Assembly: GCA_963813715.1 (NCBI GenBank)
Contig: CAWFAK010000018.1
Span: 1 to 64,000 of the forward strand
Length of the DNA: 64,000 nt
From: an uncultured Planctomycetaceae bacterium
Lineage (GTDB): Bacteria; Planctomycetota; Planctomycetia; Planctomycetales; Planctomycetaceae
Direction: 5' to 3'
Numbering within the stretch: the stretch's first letter is position 1; every line of letters begins with the position of its first letter. This document shows, piece by piece, positions 32,374-46,085 of the stretch. The translations under genes were made by a program, and so were the position numbers. Under the pieces are notes generated by a model that did not search any database, was not told where the DNA came from, and saw only the letters and a list, made by a program, of their open reading frames with translations.

Positions 32374-33306
32374 ATGAGCGACTACGACACTCCGCGTCTT
32401 GCTGAGCTACTGGCTGCCGGCAGAGGTGCCGTCGAACGTGCTCGATACGTGTTAGTAGCGATCACCGTCGCCGGCGGGCTCATCCTGTCGGCGCAATTTA
32501 ATCTCTATTACCCGTGGCTGCGAAATAAGATCGCATTGGACCCAAAAGGACTGAATTCCGAGGAACAGGCGACACAACGATCGATCCGCGACTTCATTTA
32601 CAAGGACCTGCAGAACGTCTCGGTTCCAATCATCGGCGTCAAATTCTCCGCATATGACCTGTCCGTGATTGGGTCTTTGGCGATGTTGATCCTAGCGATA
32701 TGGTTCTATTACAGCCTGCGACGCGAGAACCATGTCGTCAACCGGATCTTTAATGTCGCACTGGAGGGTGAAGACAATGGGGGCGTTCACACAGATGCGT
32801 CGAGAGATGCAGCAGTTGGTCGAAAGTGGCAGCGAGCACGATATCTCTACGACGCCCTCGTTCATCATTTTGTATTCAACCCATTGGGTGAGGCCGCGCC
32901 AGTCCCGCGGTGGGCTATTCGGGCAATGTTCTTCATGCCCTTTTGGGTCCCTTTGGTAGTCGCCTTAATAGATTTCTGCAGTTTGTGGTACGAGTACAAA
33001 TTGGGGCTTCCAGCTAACAGGGCGATTTGGGGTCCCAACTATAAAAAGGAAAAATGGGAGGGTGTATGGCGATGCTTTCATGGAGTCGTCATCGCGGTCA
33101 TCTCCGGACGAATCATGTACTCGTGCAATCAATTTCATTGGAATACAAGAGAAACGCTTAATGTCCTTGGTGAGTACGCAGGCGTAAAGGTGATAGCTGA
33201 AGAGAGGCAAGGATGGGGCTGCCTTAAATGGTGGGACTGGTCGCTTATTGCAGCGATGGCCTTGCTTGCCGGGTCGTTTTTATGTTTAGTATGGTACTTA
33301 CAATAG
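32374..33306 (+). CDS. Hypothetical multi-pass membrane protein, visibly lower GC, antisense within the ABC operon
   Basis: Intact 310-aa ORF with 4-5 hydrophobic segments and AT-richer codons than its neighbours. Confidence 0.75.
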   Translation: MSDYDTPRLAELLAAGRGAVERARYVLVAITVAGGLILSAQFNLYYPWLRNKIALDPKGLNSEEQATQRSIRDFIYKDLQNVSVPIIGVKFSAYDLSVIGSLAMLILAIWFYYSLRRENHVVNRIFNVALEGEDNGGVHTDASRDAAVGRKWQRARYLYDALVHHFVFNPLGEAAPVPRWAIRAMFFMPFWVPLVVALIDFCSLWYEYKLGLPANRAIWGPNYKKEKWEGVWRCFHGVVIAVISGRIMYSCNQFHWNTRETLNVLGEYAGVKVIAEERQGWGCLKWWDWSLIAAMALLAGSFLCLVWYLQ

Positions 33307-33350
33307 GAGAGAGAGACTATACCGTCACAAAGTCGAGTCGGAAGTGCCGG

Positions 33351-34941
33351 CTACTGAGGTGTATTGCCGTTGAGCCGCCGCTCCAGCCACGCGGCCAACA
33401 GCGACAGCGGCCAGCTCATCGCCAGGTACAGGGCGCTTGCTACCAGGGCCATCTGCAAATAGAGGCCCGTGCTCTTGGCCGCGACCGAATATTGCGTCGA
33501 CAGCTCTTGGACGGCGATCACCGAGCAGACGGCCGTATCCTTATAGAGCGCGATGAAGTCGTTGGCCGTCGCCGGAATCACCGTGCGGATGGCCTGTGGC
33601 AGGATGATGCGACGGACCGCCAGACCTCGCGACATGCCGAGCGACAGCGCCGCCTCCATCTGGCCGACGGGAATCGACTGGATGCCCAGCCGCATGATCT
33701 CGGCCTCGTAGGCCGAGTAATTCACGGCAAGCGCCAGGACGCCCGCCGAGAACTTATCGATCGCCACGCCGAACTCGGGCAGCACGAAATACACCACAAA
33801 GAGTTGGAACACGAGCGGCGTGCCGCGAATGATTTCGACATAAAGCGTCATCAGGCCCCGCACGGCCTGCCCGATGACGGACGGTTGCGCTCCAGTGCCG
33901 CCGAGCACCGCAGACGGCCAGGCCCGCACGAGCGCGACGGCCAGGCCGATCGCCACCGCCAGAGGCATCGAGAGGAAGGCCAACGCGACGGTGAAACCCG
34001 CCGCCCGAAAGAACAGCGGCAGCTCGGCCCAAATCTGGGTCAGCGCGCCGGTTTCCGGTAGGGCGTCCTGCGGCGGCCACGTTTTCCAGACATTTGGGAG
34101 ACCTTCCTGCGCCTTGTTCCACAGGCCGTACTTTTCGTAGATCCGCCGCAGCGTCCCGTCGGCATAGAGCTGGCGGAGGGCCGTGTTGAATTCGTCGACG
34201 AGCGGCTGATCGCGCTTGCGCATAGGCGACGTAATAGCCGGGCTGGGCCGGACCGCCCACGATCCGCAGTCGCGGGTAACGCTTGAGGCGATTGAGATAA
34301 AAATCGAGCGGGGGCAAGTCCTGCACGGTCGCGTCGAGCTGGCCCGAATTGATGAGCAAGAAGGTCTCGACCGTCCCCTCATAACGAGCGATTTCGCACG
34401 TCGCGCCAAATTCGGCCGTGACGTAATGGTCGGCGGACGATTCACGCAGCACGCCGACCCGCGGCCGATGCCCGGCAACCGGCTGTTTGAGCGCGGCCCA
34501 CGAATCGATCGGCGAGCCTTCCTTGACGCAAAGCCCCAGCTCGTAGACGTAGTAGGGGAGGCTCGCCGCGTATTGACGGGCGCGCTGGGCCGTGTACTCG
34601 TAGCCGTTGAGTCCCAGGTCGATGTCGCCGCGGTCGAGGTTGGCGAGAATCTGGTCCCAGCCGCAGAACACGAGCTCGGCCTTCGCGCCCATTTGGCGTC
34701 CGAGGGCGTCGGCCAGGTCGACCTCGAAGCCGATCACGCGGCCGGGGTCTTTCGGATCGGGGTAGATGTAGGGACCGCCCCCTTCGCGATCTGCCCCCCA
34801 CCGGAACGATTTCGCCGGCGGCGCGTCGGCCCGGGCGTGTTGCCGCGCGGGAACGAGGACGATCCAAAGAGCGATCGCCGCCAGGCTCCAGCGGAGCGAT
34901 TGAGATACGGACGAACGCAGAGAAAAGGTGTTCGTCGCGAT
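33351..34941 (-). CDS. Amino-acid ABC transporter substrate-binding/permease fusion (frameshifts near 34797 and 34225; start uncertain)
   Basis: WGADREGGGPY..VIGFEVDLADAL (SBP family 3); YVEIIRGTPL, NYSAYEAEIMRLGIQSIPVGQMEAALSLGM, IILPQA. Confidence 0.88.
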
Positions 34942-34958
34942 GGCTCCCGACCCGGCCG

Positions 34959-35162
34959 CTAAACGGATTCGTCCGGGTTCAGCGGTTCTTCCTCGACACG
35001 TTGCGGATCGAGCGGCTCGACGATGCAGTATTCACCCTTCGACCAGCGGAGCAGATCGACCTGTCGGCAGCGTTCGCTGCAGAAGGGAAACGTCGCCGAT
35101 TTCGCGGCCCCGTCTGCCGAAACGGGCTGCGAGCAAATCGGGCAGCTGGGCGGCGCGATCAC
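34959..35162 (-). CDS. yacG: DNA gyrase inhibitor YacG
   Basis: CPIC...[20 protein letters not shown]. Confidence 0.88.
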   Translation of the reverse strand: MIAPPSCPICSQPVSADGAAKSATFPFCSERCRQVDLLRWSKGEYCIVEPLDPQRVEEEPLNPDESV

Positions 35163-35521
35163 GATGACTCCTTCGACCCGCCCGACTTGCCCTTCGCGGG
35201 CGGCGTTTTTTCGGTCGACTTCGATTCAGATTTCGATTCGGACTTCGACGATCCGCTGTCCGACTTTTCGCCGTTCGACTTCGCCGACGTCCCCTCGGAC
35301 GCTTTTTTATCGGCTTCGGCCGATTTCTTGTAGGCCGAGCTGCGGTAGTCGGTCTGATAAAAGCCCGAGCCTTTGAAGATGATGCCAGCGCCGGGGCCGA
35401 TCATGCGCTGGGCCTGGCGCTTGCCGCACTTGGGGCATTTCTTTTCGGCTTCCGCCTTGATCGACTGGAACAACTCCCAGCGATGGTGGCAGGCTTTGCA
35501 TTCGTAGTCATAGGTCGGCAT
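35159..35521 (-). CDS. FmdB-family zinc-ribbon protein
   Basis: [17 protein letters not shown]...CPKCG...[15 protein letters not shown] plus Ser/Lys-rich tail. Confidence 0.9.
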   Translation of the reverse strand: MPTYDYECKACHHRWELFQSIKAEAEKKCPKCGKRQAQRMIGPGAGIIFKGSGFYQTDYRSSAYKKSAEADKKASEGTSAKSNGEKSDSGSSKSESKSESKSTEKTPPAKGKSGGSKESS

Positions 35522-36159
35522 GCGGTTGCTCCGCTTCGGGGGACGCGTCGGCCGCGATCCCCGGCGCCCGCAGGCGCGGTTGAGACGATGACCGTGGCTG
35601 GCCGGACAACCCGGTCCTTGAGCGTGAAGCCGCGTTCGACTTCCTGCACAACCGTCATCGGCGGGTGTTCGTCGCTCGGCACTTGCTGAATCGCCTGGTG
35701 CAGATTGGGGTCAAAGGGTTTGCCGGCCGAATCGATCGGCACGATGTCGTGGCGTCCCAGGGCCGCCTCGATCTGCTTGGCGACGAGCTTGACGCCGTTG
35801 ACCAGATCCTTGACGTTGCCGGAGCTTTCGGCCGCGGCGAGCGCCCGGTGCAGATTGTCGAGCGCGGGCAACAGGTCGCGGGCGACGGGCAGCGCCTGGT
35901 ACTGCCGCATTTCTTCGGCTTCTTTTTGCGCCCGCTTGCGGTAGTTCTGCAGCTCGGCCTGACTCCGCAGGTACAGGTCGTAGTTGACGTCGCGCTCGGC
36001 GCGGGCCGCCTCGAGCTGATCCATGAGCGAGATCGAGCCGGCCGCATCGCCGTCTGCCGATTCGGCGCCCGCGGCCTGCGACTGCGCCGCGTTCAGCGCC
36101 TTGTCGTCCGGTCGACCGGCGTCGTCTGGTGTTTTGCGTGAGTTAGATTTATCCGCCAT
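35508..36159 (-). CDS. grpE: Nucleotide exchange factor GrpE (probable frameshift near 35560)
   Basis: LRSQAELQNYRKR, DLLPALDNLHRAL, GKPFDPNLHQAI, ERGFTLKDRVVRPATVIVS. End inferred from the shifted frame (..EQPHADL*). Confidence 0.92.
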
Positions 36160-36174
36160 GGGTTTGATCCGCGC

Positions 36175-37318
36175 TCAGTTTGGCCGCCCGCCGGCGGGAT
36201 CCTCGTCGGCCGGGGCGAAGTAGTCCTTGAGCTTGTCGAAAAACGACTTGCGGTGGGGAGTGACCTCGACTTTTTCCAGCTCGGCCAGCTCCCGCAGGAC
36301 TCGTTCCTGTCCTTCGCTCAGATTTTTGGGAACCTCGACTTGGACTTCCACGTACAAGTCTCCGCGGCGTCCGCCGTGCGGATCGGGCATGCCCAGCCCG
36401 TTCAGCTTGAGCAGTTCGCCCGGCTGCGTGCCTTGCGGAATCGTCAACCGCCGGCGGCCGTCCAGCAGGGGAATCTCGATCTCGGTGCCGAGCGTCGCCT
36501 GCGTGAAGGAGACCGGCACCTTGCACGACAAGGTTCCGCTCGTGCCGCTCGAAGAACGGGTGTGGCCTGACCTGAATGTCGACGTACAAGTCGCCCGAGG
36601 GCCCGCCGCCCGGACCGCCTTCGCCCTCACCGCGCAGGCAGAGCTGCATGCCGTTATCGACGCCGCTGGGGACTTTCACTTCCAGCCGCACGGACCGCTG
36701 CTGCAGCCCCGAACCCGAACAGTCGGCACAGCGATCGCGAATTACACGGCCGGAGCCGTGGCAGCCCGGACACGTGGTCTGCACGCGGAAGAATCCCTGC
36801 GAATGCATGACGCGCCCGCGGCCGCCGCAATAGTCGCAAGTGAGCGGCTTGCTGCCCGGCTTGGCCCCCGTGCCTTGGCACGTGCCGCAGCTGACGTGGC
36901 GCCGCAGTTCGAGCGTGCGCGTGCAGCCCTGGGCCGCTTCCAAGAGATCGATGGTGATGGAGCTGCGGAGATGTCCGCCCCGCTGGACGCGGGTGCCGCG
37001 ACGTCCCTCGCCGAAGAGCCCGTCGCCAAACAGGTCGCCGAATGTCTCGAAGATGTCCGAAATGTCGGAAAACTGCGGTCCGCCGTTGCCCGACACGCCC
37101 GCGTGGCCGAAGCGATCGTAGCGGGCCCGCTTATTGTCGTCGCCGAGCACGTCGAAGGCTTCGGCGGCCTCCTTGAAGCGGACGACGGCCCCATCGTCCC
37201 CGGGATTGCGGTCGGGATGATTGGCGATCGCGGCCTTTTTGTAGGCCTTCTTAATTTGGTCGGGACTGGCGTCCTTGGCGACGCCCAACACTTCGTAGTA
37301 GTCCCTTTTCGAAGCCAT
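36175..37318 (-). CDS. dnaJ: Chaperone DnaJ (frameshift near 36525)
   Basis: KRDYYEVLGV, HPD, four CxxCxGxG motifs, GDLYV; C-terminal part in ORF 36175-36630. Confidence 0.95.
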
Positions 37319-37371
37319 CGAAACCATATTTGAGTGGAATCACGGTGGATTCCGCAAGATCGGTTAGCGGC

Positions 37372-37431
37372 GCGACACGCCACCGTCGAGCGGTGGGACG
37401 TGACACGGGCCACCGTTAACGGGTGGCCCGT
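37372..37431. repeat. Two related REP-like hairpins
   Basis: GCGACACGCCACCG-TCGAG-CGGTGG and GTGA-CACGGGCCACC-GTTAACG-GGTGGCCCGTG. Confidence 0.55.
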
Positions 37432-37490
37432 GGTTTCAATCGAATTCTACGCCACCGTGTCCACCCCCGCGGGCGAACTAGCGGATACTT

Positions 37491-37508
37491 CCCTCCCTCG
37501 AGGGAGGG
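37491..37508. repeat. Perfect 18-bp palindrome immediately after the groEL stop
   Basis: CCCTCCCTCGAGGGAGGG. Confidence 0.7.
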
Positions 37509-39127
37509 CTAACGAATACTGCCCTCGACCTTCGGCTTGTCGCCGCCGCCCGTTTCGTCGGTCCGGGTGACGAGGACCTGCGTGGTCAGCATTAATCCGG
37601 CGATCGAAGCGGCATTGAGCAGGGCGTTCTTGACGACCTTGGTCGGGTCGACAATCCCCTTCTTGAACATGTCGACGTATTCGCCCGTGTTGGCGTCGTA
37701 GCCGATGTTGCCCGACTTCTGGCGGACTTCGTCGGCGACGACCGAGCCATCCGCACCGCCGTTGGAAGCGATCTGGCGAATGGGGGCTTCGAGTCGCCCG
37801 GGCGATGATCTCGATGCCGATCTTCTCGTCGCCCTTCGCCTTCACCTCGCGCACGGCCTCGATGGCCCGCAACAGGGCCACGCCGCCGCCGGGGAGAATG
37901 CCCTCTTCGACGGCCGCCCGCGTGGCGTGCAGCGCGTCTTCCATGCGGGCCTTGGTCTGCTTCATTTCGGCTTCGGTGGCCGCACCAACCGAGATCACGG
38001 CGACGCCGCCGGTCAGCTTGGCGAGCCGTTCCTGGAACTTCTCGCGGTCGTACTCGCTGTCGGTCTGCTCGATCTGCGTGCGGATCTGCTGGATGCGGGC
38101 CTGGATGGCCTTCTTATCCCCAGCACCCTCGATCAGCGTGCAGACGGTCCTTGGTCACTTCGATCTTCTTCGCCTGGCCCAGGTGCTTGACCTCGACGTT
38201 CTCGAGCTTGATCCCCAGGTCTTCCGACAGGAGCATGCCGCCGGTCAGCACGGCAATATCGCCCAGCATGGCCTTGCGGCGATCGCCGAAGCCCGGCGCC
38301 TTGACGGCGCAGATGTTGAGCACGCCCCGCAGCCGGTTGACGACCAGCGCCGTGAGCGCCTCGCCCTCGACGTCTTCGGCAATAACCAACAGGGGCCGGC
38401 CGGAGTGGGCGACTTTTTCGAGCACGGGGACAAAGTCCCGCAGGTTCGAGATTTTCTTCTCGTAGATCAGGATCAGGCTGTTTTCCAACAGGCAGGTCAT
38501 GTTCGTCGGGTTATTGACGAAGTAGGGCGAAATGTAGCCCTTGTCGAACTGCATGCCTTCGGCGAATTCGAGCGTCGTCTCGTTGCCTTTGCCTTCCTCG
38601 ACGGTAATCACGCCGTCGCGGCCCACTCGCTCCATCGCCTCGGCGATGAGGTTGCCGATAGTTTGGTCGTTGTTGGCCGAGATCGCGCCGACCTGGGCGA
38701 TCTCCGTCTTCGACCCGACCGGCTTCGACGCCTTGGTGATGTGCTCGATGGCCGCCTCGACGGCCTTGTCGATGCCGCGGCGAACGACCATCGGATTGGA
38801 GCCGAGCGAAATGCTCCGCAGCCCCTCGTCGTAGATGGCGCGGGCGAGGACCGTGGCGGTCGTCGTGCCGTCGCCGGCGACGTCGCTGGTCTTCGAGGCG
38901 ACTTCGTTGACGAGCTTGGCCCCCATGTGCTCGTAGGGGTCTTCCAGCTCGACCTCTTTGCTGACGGTCACGCCGTCCTTGGTCACGAGCGGGTTGCCAA
39001 AGCTCTTATCGATGATCACATTTCGGCCGGTGGGCCCCATGGTGACGGCCACCGCGTCGGCCAGGATCTTAACGCCGCGCTGCAGCTTGATTCGGGCCCG
39101 GTCGTCGAACAACAGTTGCTTCGCCAC
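37509..39127 (-). CDS. groEL: Chaperonin GroEL, paralog without GGM tail (frameshifts near 38138 and 37795)
   Basis: [48 protein letters not shown]; ends [10 protein letters not shown]. Confidence 0.95.
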
Positions 39128-39216
39128 TTCTGGAGACTCCTTGATTCGCGTTCTGCCTGATATCCGCTAATCGCCGGACTGGAGTCGCAGCTGATCGCGA
39201 CGCCGGCGTGATCGAT

Positions 39217-39507
39217 CTACTTCACGACCTTGGCCAGGATGTCGCTCTCGCGGAGGATCTTCGAATCCTTCCCTTCGACCTCGATATCGGTCCCGCCGTA
39301 CTTGCCGAAGAGCACTTCGTCGCCGACTTCGACCGCAACCGACGCCCGCTTGCCGCCATCGAGGATGCGGCCGGGGCCGACGGCGATCACTTTGCCGCGC
39401 TGCGATCTCTCTTGAGCTGCGTCGGGCAGCACAATGCCGCCGGCCGTCTTCTCTTCCGCACTCGTGGGCTCGACAACAACGCGATCATCCAAAGGTTTGA
39501 GGGCCAT
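39217..39507 (-). CDS. groES: Co-chaperonin GroES
   Basis: [45 protein letters not shown]. Confidence 0.97.
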   Translation of the reverse strand: MALKPLDDRVVVEPTSAEEKTAGGIVLPDAAQERSQRGKVIAVGPGRILDGGKRASVAVEVGDEVLFGKYGGTDIEVEGKDSKILRESDILAKVVK

Positions 39508-39661
39508 ATCTTCCTCTGACTCCGCTTCGATTAAATGAGATTCTTGTTTGTTGAATTTGGCCGCGGATCAACTTGTCAGGTGCGGCACGTTTCCTTATTT
39601 TTCTGTGCGTCAAACCGTCCCCGCGTGCACGGCAGACTTCTTCCTCGCAGGCGCGGACGCC

Positions 39662-41374
<1,713 letters not shown>

Positions 41375-41677
41375 TCAGCGTTGATGACAGCATTTGTTCC
41401 GGCACAGCGTTGATCTGGCAGCTTGAGTGTGGGCAGCGTTAAATCTGACCGTGCGATACGATCGGAGACCGTCATCGGTCCGCCCCACGCCTCCTGCCTG
41501 CTCACGCCATCGCTTGCTTCGGCCTGGTCCTTAGTGCGCGACTGCCAAGTCAGTCGAAAGTATGTCCGCGGCGCTTTCCAAAAGCAATCAACGTGCCGGG
41601 AACTGCCTTTGTGTCGCAACTCATTAGTGGAATTAACCTTGCGATAGACGACAGCCGTTGGGCAAAATGTCGGGCTG

Positions 41678-44085
41678 TCAAGTTGGCAGGCGATTGGTGA
41701 CGAGCGGTCCGCTGCCGGGCACGAGAATCGGCTCCAGTCGCGGCTCTCGCGGCCGCTTCCAGAGGACGGCCACACAGGCGGGCAGTAAGAAGAGACGCCA
41801 ATCAGGGCCCCCGTCAGCGTCACGATCGACAGCTCGGCGAACCGCCGCGTTGGCAGGAAGTCCGAAAACAAAAGCACAGCCAGGCCGACCACGGTGAGGA
41901 ACGTCGACAGGCACATCGGCTGGCCTTTGCCGATCAGCGTCTTCCAGGTGGCGCGGTCTATGTCGGGGTCGCGGGCGAACTCCTCGCGGAAGCGAAGGAT
42001 GTAGTGAATCGTGTTGTCGACCGCGATCCCCAGACTGATCGTAAAGACAATCACGTTGCCGGCATTCAAATCGAAATGCCGCAGCCCCATGTAGCCGAAG
42101 GTGACGCCCAGCGGAATCACGTTGGGCGGAATTGTGATCAGGCCGATCCGTAGCGAGCGGAACAGGACGGCGATCAGGCCGAAGATCACGAGGGCCGCGG
42201 TCAGGATCGAAACCAACAACTCGTGAATCATCTGCGTGAGGCCCAGCGCGCTCACGTAGGCGTCGCCCGTCGGCCGGTAGGTGATGCCTGAGCCTTCGGG
42301 AAACAGTTCCGCCATTTTGGCTTCGAGCGTGGCGACGAGGGCCAGCGTGTCCCGCGTGCCGACGTCACGGATCTTGAGCAGTAACCGGGCGTGAGTGTCG
42401 TCGGGCGACATGAATTCGTGGTACCGCATCTCCCCGGCGACTTTGCCGAGAAAGTTACGACCCCGCTCGATGCGGCGAACGCCCTCTTCGTCGGTCCGCG
42501 GCAACTCGTCCGAGAGTTTTTCGTCCGTTACGAAGCGGCTGTTGATCTCGTTGAAGTAGTCGATGTAAGACCGGGCGAAGAGCACGGCCTTTTGCTGGCG
42601 GGCGAATTGCTGCAGCTCGGCCACCTTGCGGAAGACGTCGGGACGATAAAACAGCCCCGGCTCGTTCGCATGGAGGCTGATCTCCAGCGGCAACAATCCC
42701 GAGAGATGCTCCTCGAGCGCGTGCAACGTCTGGATAGTCGGGTGATTCTCGTCGTAGGTCTCCAGCGTTGTCGAATTGACCCTGACGTTCCGCGCGAACC
42801 CCAGCGACACGCCTCCCAAGACCAGAAAGACGCCGATCGTCGCCCAGCGCCACTTGACGAGCGCCCGGCCGATGTGCGCCAGCCCCACCGACAGCCATTG
42901 CCAGACGCGAACTTCCTGGAACGCGGGCGGGCGGAAGTAGGGCAGCAGAGAGCCGAGCGTGAGGATCACGGCGAAATACAGGAACAACAGGCCCATCGCC
43001 GCCTGCGTGCCGAACTCCTGCAGCACGGGGGAGCTGGCGGTGATCAGCACGTAAAAGCCGACGGCCGCCGTCGTGAAAGCGCCCAGGCAAGCGACGAGCA
43101 TCTGGCGAATCGTGGCGCGGCCCGCGTCGCGGCGGGAGACGCCGGGGCGGGCTTCCTCCGAGTAGCGTGTGAGCACGTGAATCGAGTTCGAGACGCCGTT
43201 GATCAACAACATGCACGGCAGGATGTTGCTCACGATGTTGAGCGGCTGCGCCCAGAACGCGATCACGCCGAACGTCCAAATCAGCCCCTGCCCGACGGCA
43301 AACAGCGGCAGCAGGCTGCCGGAGATGCTGCGGAAGGCCAGCGCGAGCGTAATTAAATAGAGCACGCCCGCCAGCGGCATCAGCCGTACCTGGTCCTTTT
43401 GCAAGTCGTTCACGATGCCGACGCGGAGCACGGGCAGGCCGCTGACCAGCACCTTGTAGCCCGTCGGCGGCGCGTGCTTGGCCAGCGTGTCGTCGACTTG
43501 CCGCACCATCGTCCGCATGGCGTCGAAGTTGGATTCGGTCGCGTCGAAGACGACCAACAGCGCGGCCATCTTGTAGTCGCGGCTGACCAGGGAGCCAAAC
43601 GGCAGTTCCGTGTCGGCCAGCCGTTCGCGGAGCACTTCGGCCGTTTCCTCGCTGACGGGCGTTTCGTCGATGATCGGCTCGTAGGACAGCTTAGGATCAA
43701 GCCCCAGGCTGACTCGCGGCGTCTGCATCGAAATCAGGCTCTCGACCCGCTTCACGTTGGGCAGATGCAAGAGGTCGCGGACCATCTCGGCTTGCCACGT
43801 GAGCGCGGCCGCACTCACCACGTTGTCTTTCCCCTGCGCCTCCAGGCCGAGGATGATCACCGTGTCGTCGTAGTTGAACTCGCGGCGGAACTGGGCCGCG
43901 TATTCAATCTCGGGGTTCTTGCTGCTGAAGACTGCTTCGGGATTGAAGTCGAACCGCAGGTTGCGCGCCGAATAGCCGGCGACCGCCGTGAGCGCGAGCA
44001 GAATGGCCAGCACGAACAGCGGGTGACCGACGATCAGGTCGGCCAGCCGAACGGGGAACGACTCCAGACGTCTCGACAGTTTCAC
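41678..44085 (-). CDS. MMPL/RND family transporter (frameshift near 41795)
   Basis: Two-repeat architecture; LINGVSNSIH and ISLGIAVDNTIHYILRFREE; IPPNVIPL; LLFSDFLPTRRF. Confidence 0.88.
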
Positions 44086-44136
44086 ACGTGTCTCCGAACG
44101 CGATGGGGTCCCGCGCTCACGCTTCGGTTTGGGCAA

Positions 44137-45710
44137 TTACCGCGCCGTGGCCGGCTCGAGCAACGAGCGACCCGTCATTTCGGCCGGCTGCGGGATGCCC
44201 AACAGGTGCAGCATGGTCGGGGCGACGTCCGCCAAAATGCCCGGATGCAGCTTCCACTGGTTCTGGTCGGCGCCGACGTAAAAGATTTCGACCGGGAACG
44301 TGGTGTGCGCGGTGTGCGGCTGGCCGTTGGCCTCGCGCATTTTTTCGGCGTTGCCGTGATCGGCCGTGATCAGGGCGACGCCGCCGATCGCGCGGAGCAC
44401 GTCGACCACCTCGCCCACGCACGCATCGGTCGTCTCCACCGCCTTGATGGCGGCCGGAATGCTCCCCGTGTGTCCGACCATGTCCGGATTGGCATAATTG
44501 CAGATCACGACGTCATATTGCCGCGTTTCGAGGCGGCGGATCAGCTCGGCGGTCAACTCGGCCGCGCTCATCTCGGGCTTGAGATCGTAGGTCGCCACTT
44601 TGGGCGACGGGATGAGCGCGCGATCCTCGCCCGAGTTCGGTTCTTCCACGCCGCCGTTAAAGAAGAAGGTGACGTGTGCGTATTTTTCGGTCTCGGCAAT
44701 TCGCAGTTGCTTGAGACCGATCGCGGCGACCACCTGGCCCAGGAGGTTCTGCATCGATTCGGGCGGAAAAACCGTCGGCAGGTGAAACGTGTCCTTATAT
44801 TCGGTCATGCAGACGAACTCGACCTTGGGCCGCCGCGCCGGGCGAAGCCGGTGAAGTCGTCCTGCATGAAGGCCTGCGTCAACTCGCGGGCCCGGTCGGC
44901 GCGAAAGTTGTAGAACAAGATCCCGTCACCGTCACGAACGAGCGGTTGGTTCGCGTCGCCGCCCGGCGAGCGAATTACCGTGGGCAGGATGAATTCGTCG
45001 GTCTTGCCGTTGGTGTACGACTCTTCGATCGCCTGCACGGCGTCGGGTCGTGCGACGCCCTCGCCCGCGACCATCGCGTTGTAAGCGGCTGCGATGCGGT
45101 CCCAGCGGTTATCGCGGTCCATCGCATAGTAGCGGCCCATGACGGTGGCGATCGTCCCCACGCCGAGCTGCGTCATTCGCTGTTCGAGCTGTTGCAGATA
45201 TCGCACACCCGCCGTTGGCGACGTGTCGCGGCCGTCGATAAAGCAGTGGACGTAAACCTCCGCGATGCCGTTGCGCTTGGCCAGTTCGAGACAGGCGTAC
45301 AAGTGATCGATATGGCTGTGCACGCCCCCGTCGGAGCACAACCCCATCACATGCAGCCGTCCGCCGCGCGACTTCAAATTGCCGACGAGCGTTTTGAGCA
45401 CGGGGGCTTCGAAGAATTGGCCCTCGCGGATCGACTTAGAGATGCGGGTGAGGCTCTGGTAGACGATGCGGCCCGCCCCGAGGTTCAAATGCCCGACCTC
45501 GGAATTCCCCATTTGACCGGCCGGCAGTCCGACTGCTTCGCCACCGGGGTCGAGCGTGGTGTGCGGGCACGCGGCACGCAGGCCGTCGTTCACCGGCGTA
45601 CGGGCCATCAGCGTGGCGTCGGCCTCTTTCTCGATCCCCGCGCGGCCGGCCGGGTTGAGCCCCCAACCGTCCCGAATGATGAGCACCACCGGCCGATGCG
45701 CCAATTTCAC
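44137..45710 (-). CDS. gpmI: 2,3-bisphosphoglycerate-independent phosphoglycerate mutase (frameshift near 44830)
   Basis: [86 protein letters not shown]. Confidence 0.96.
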
Positions 45711-45872
45711 CGCACACACTCCCCAAACCCAGACAGATGAAACTCAGACCGGGCCGTGCCCCGTTCGGATTGTAGAATTCCAGACCAGCGCGGCCAACGC
45801 ACCGCGGCCGGCCAAAAGATTACAGTTTTCGAGTGGTTGCCGCGGCAACGCGCAGTTTCGGCCGGTTTCCTG

Positions 45873-45901
45873 TTGACGAATCGGCGGGGTCGCGGTATCA
45901 C
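45873..45901 (+). promoter_or_regulatory. Candidate sigma70-like promoter for the flagellar cluster
   Basis: TTGACG-N17-TATCAC in the divergent gpmI/TPR intergenic region. Confidence 0.4.
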
Positions 45902-46085
45902 ACGCCCCTCTCTCCTCTCTCTCGTCCTTCTCCAACTCGAATTCCTCAAGTTTTCGCAGACGAATCGCCCGAACCCGGCGCGATCCGAACAAGTCACCGC
46001 CGCGCGAACGCTTCGCGCCTCGGCATGTTGTTCGCTCGCTTCGTGACTTCGTGGCGATCCTCGCTGCGTCCCACTTCACTTCTCC

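Noticed and set aside
41530..41590. CIRCE operator upstream of groEL
   Set aside because: Only a half-site-like TTGGCAGTC is present; the second arm after 9 nt does not match.
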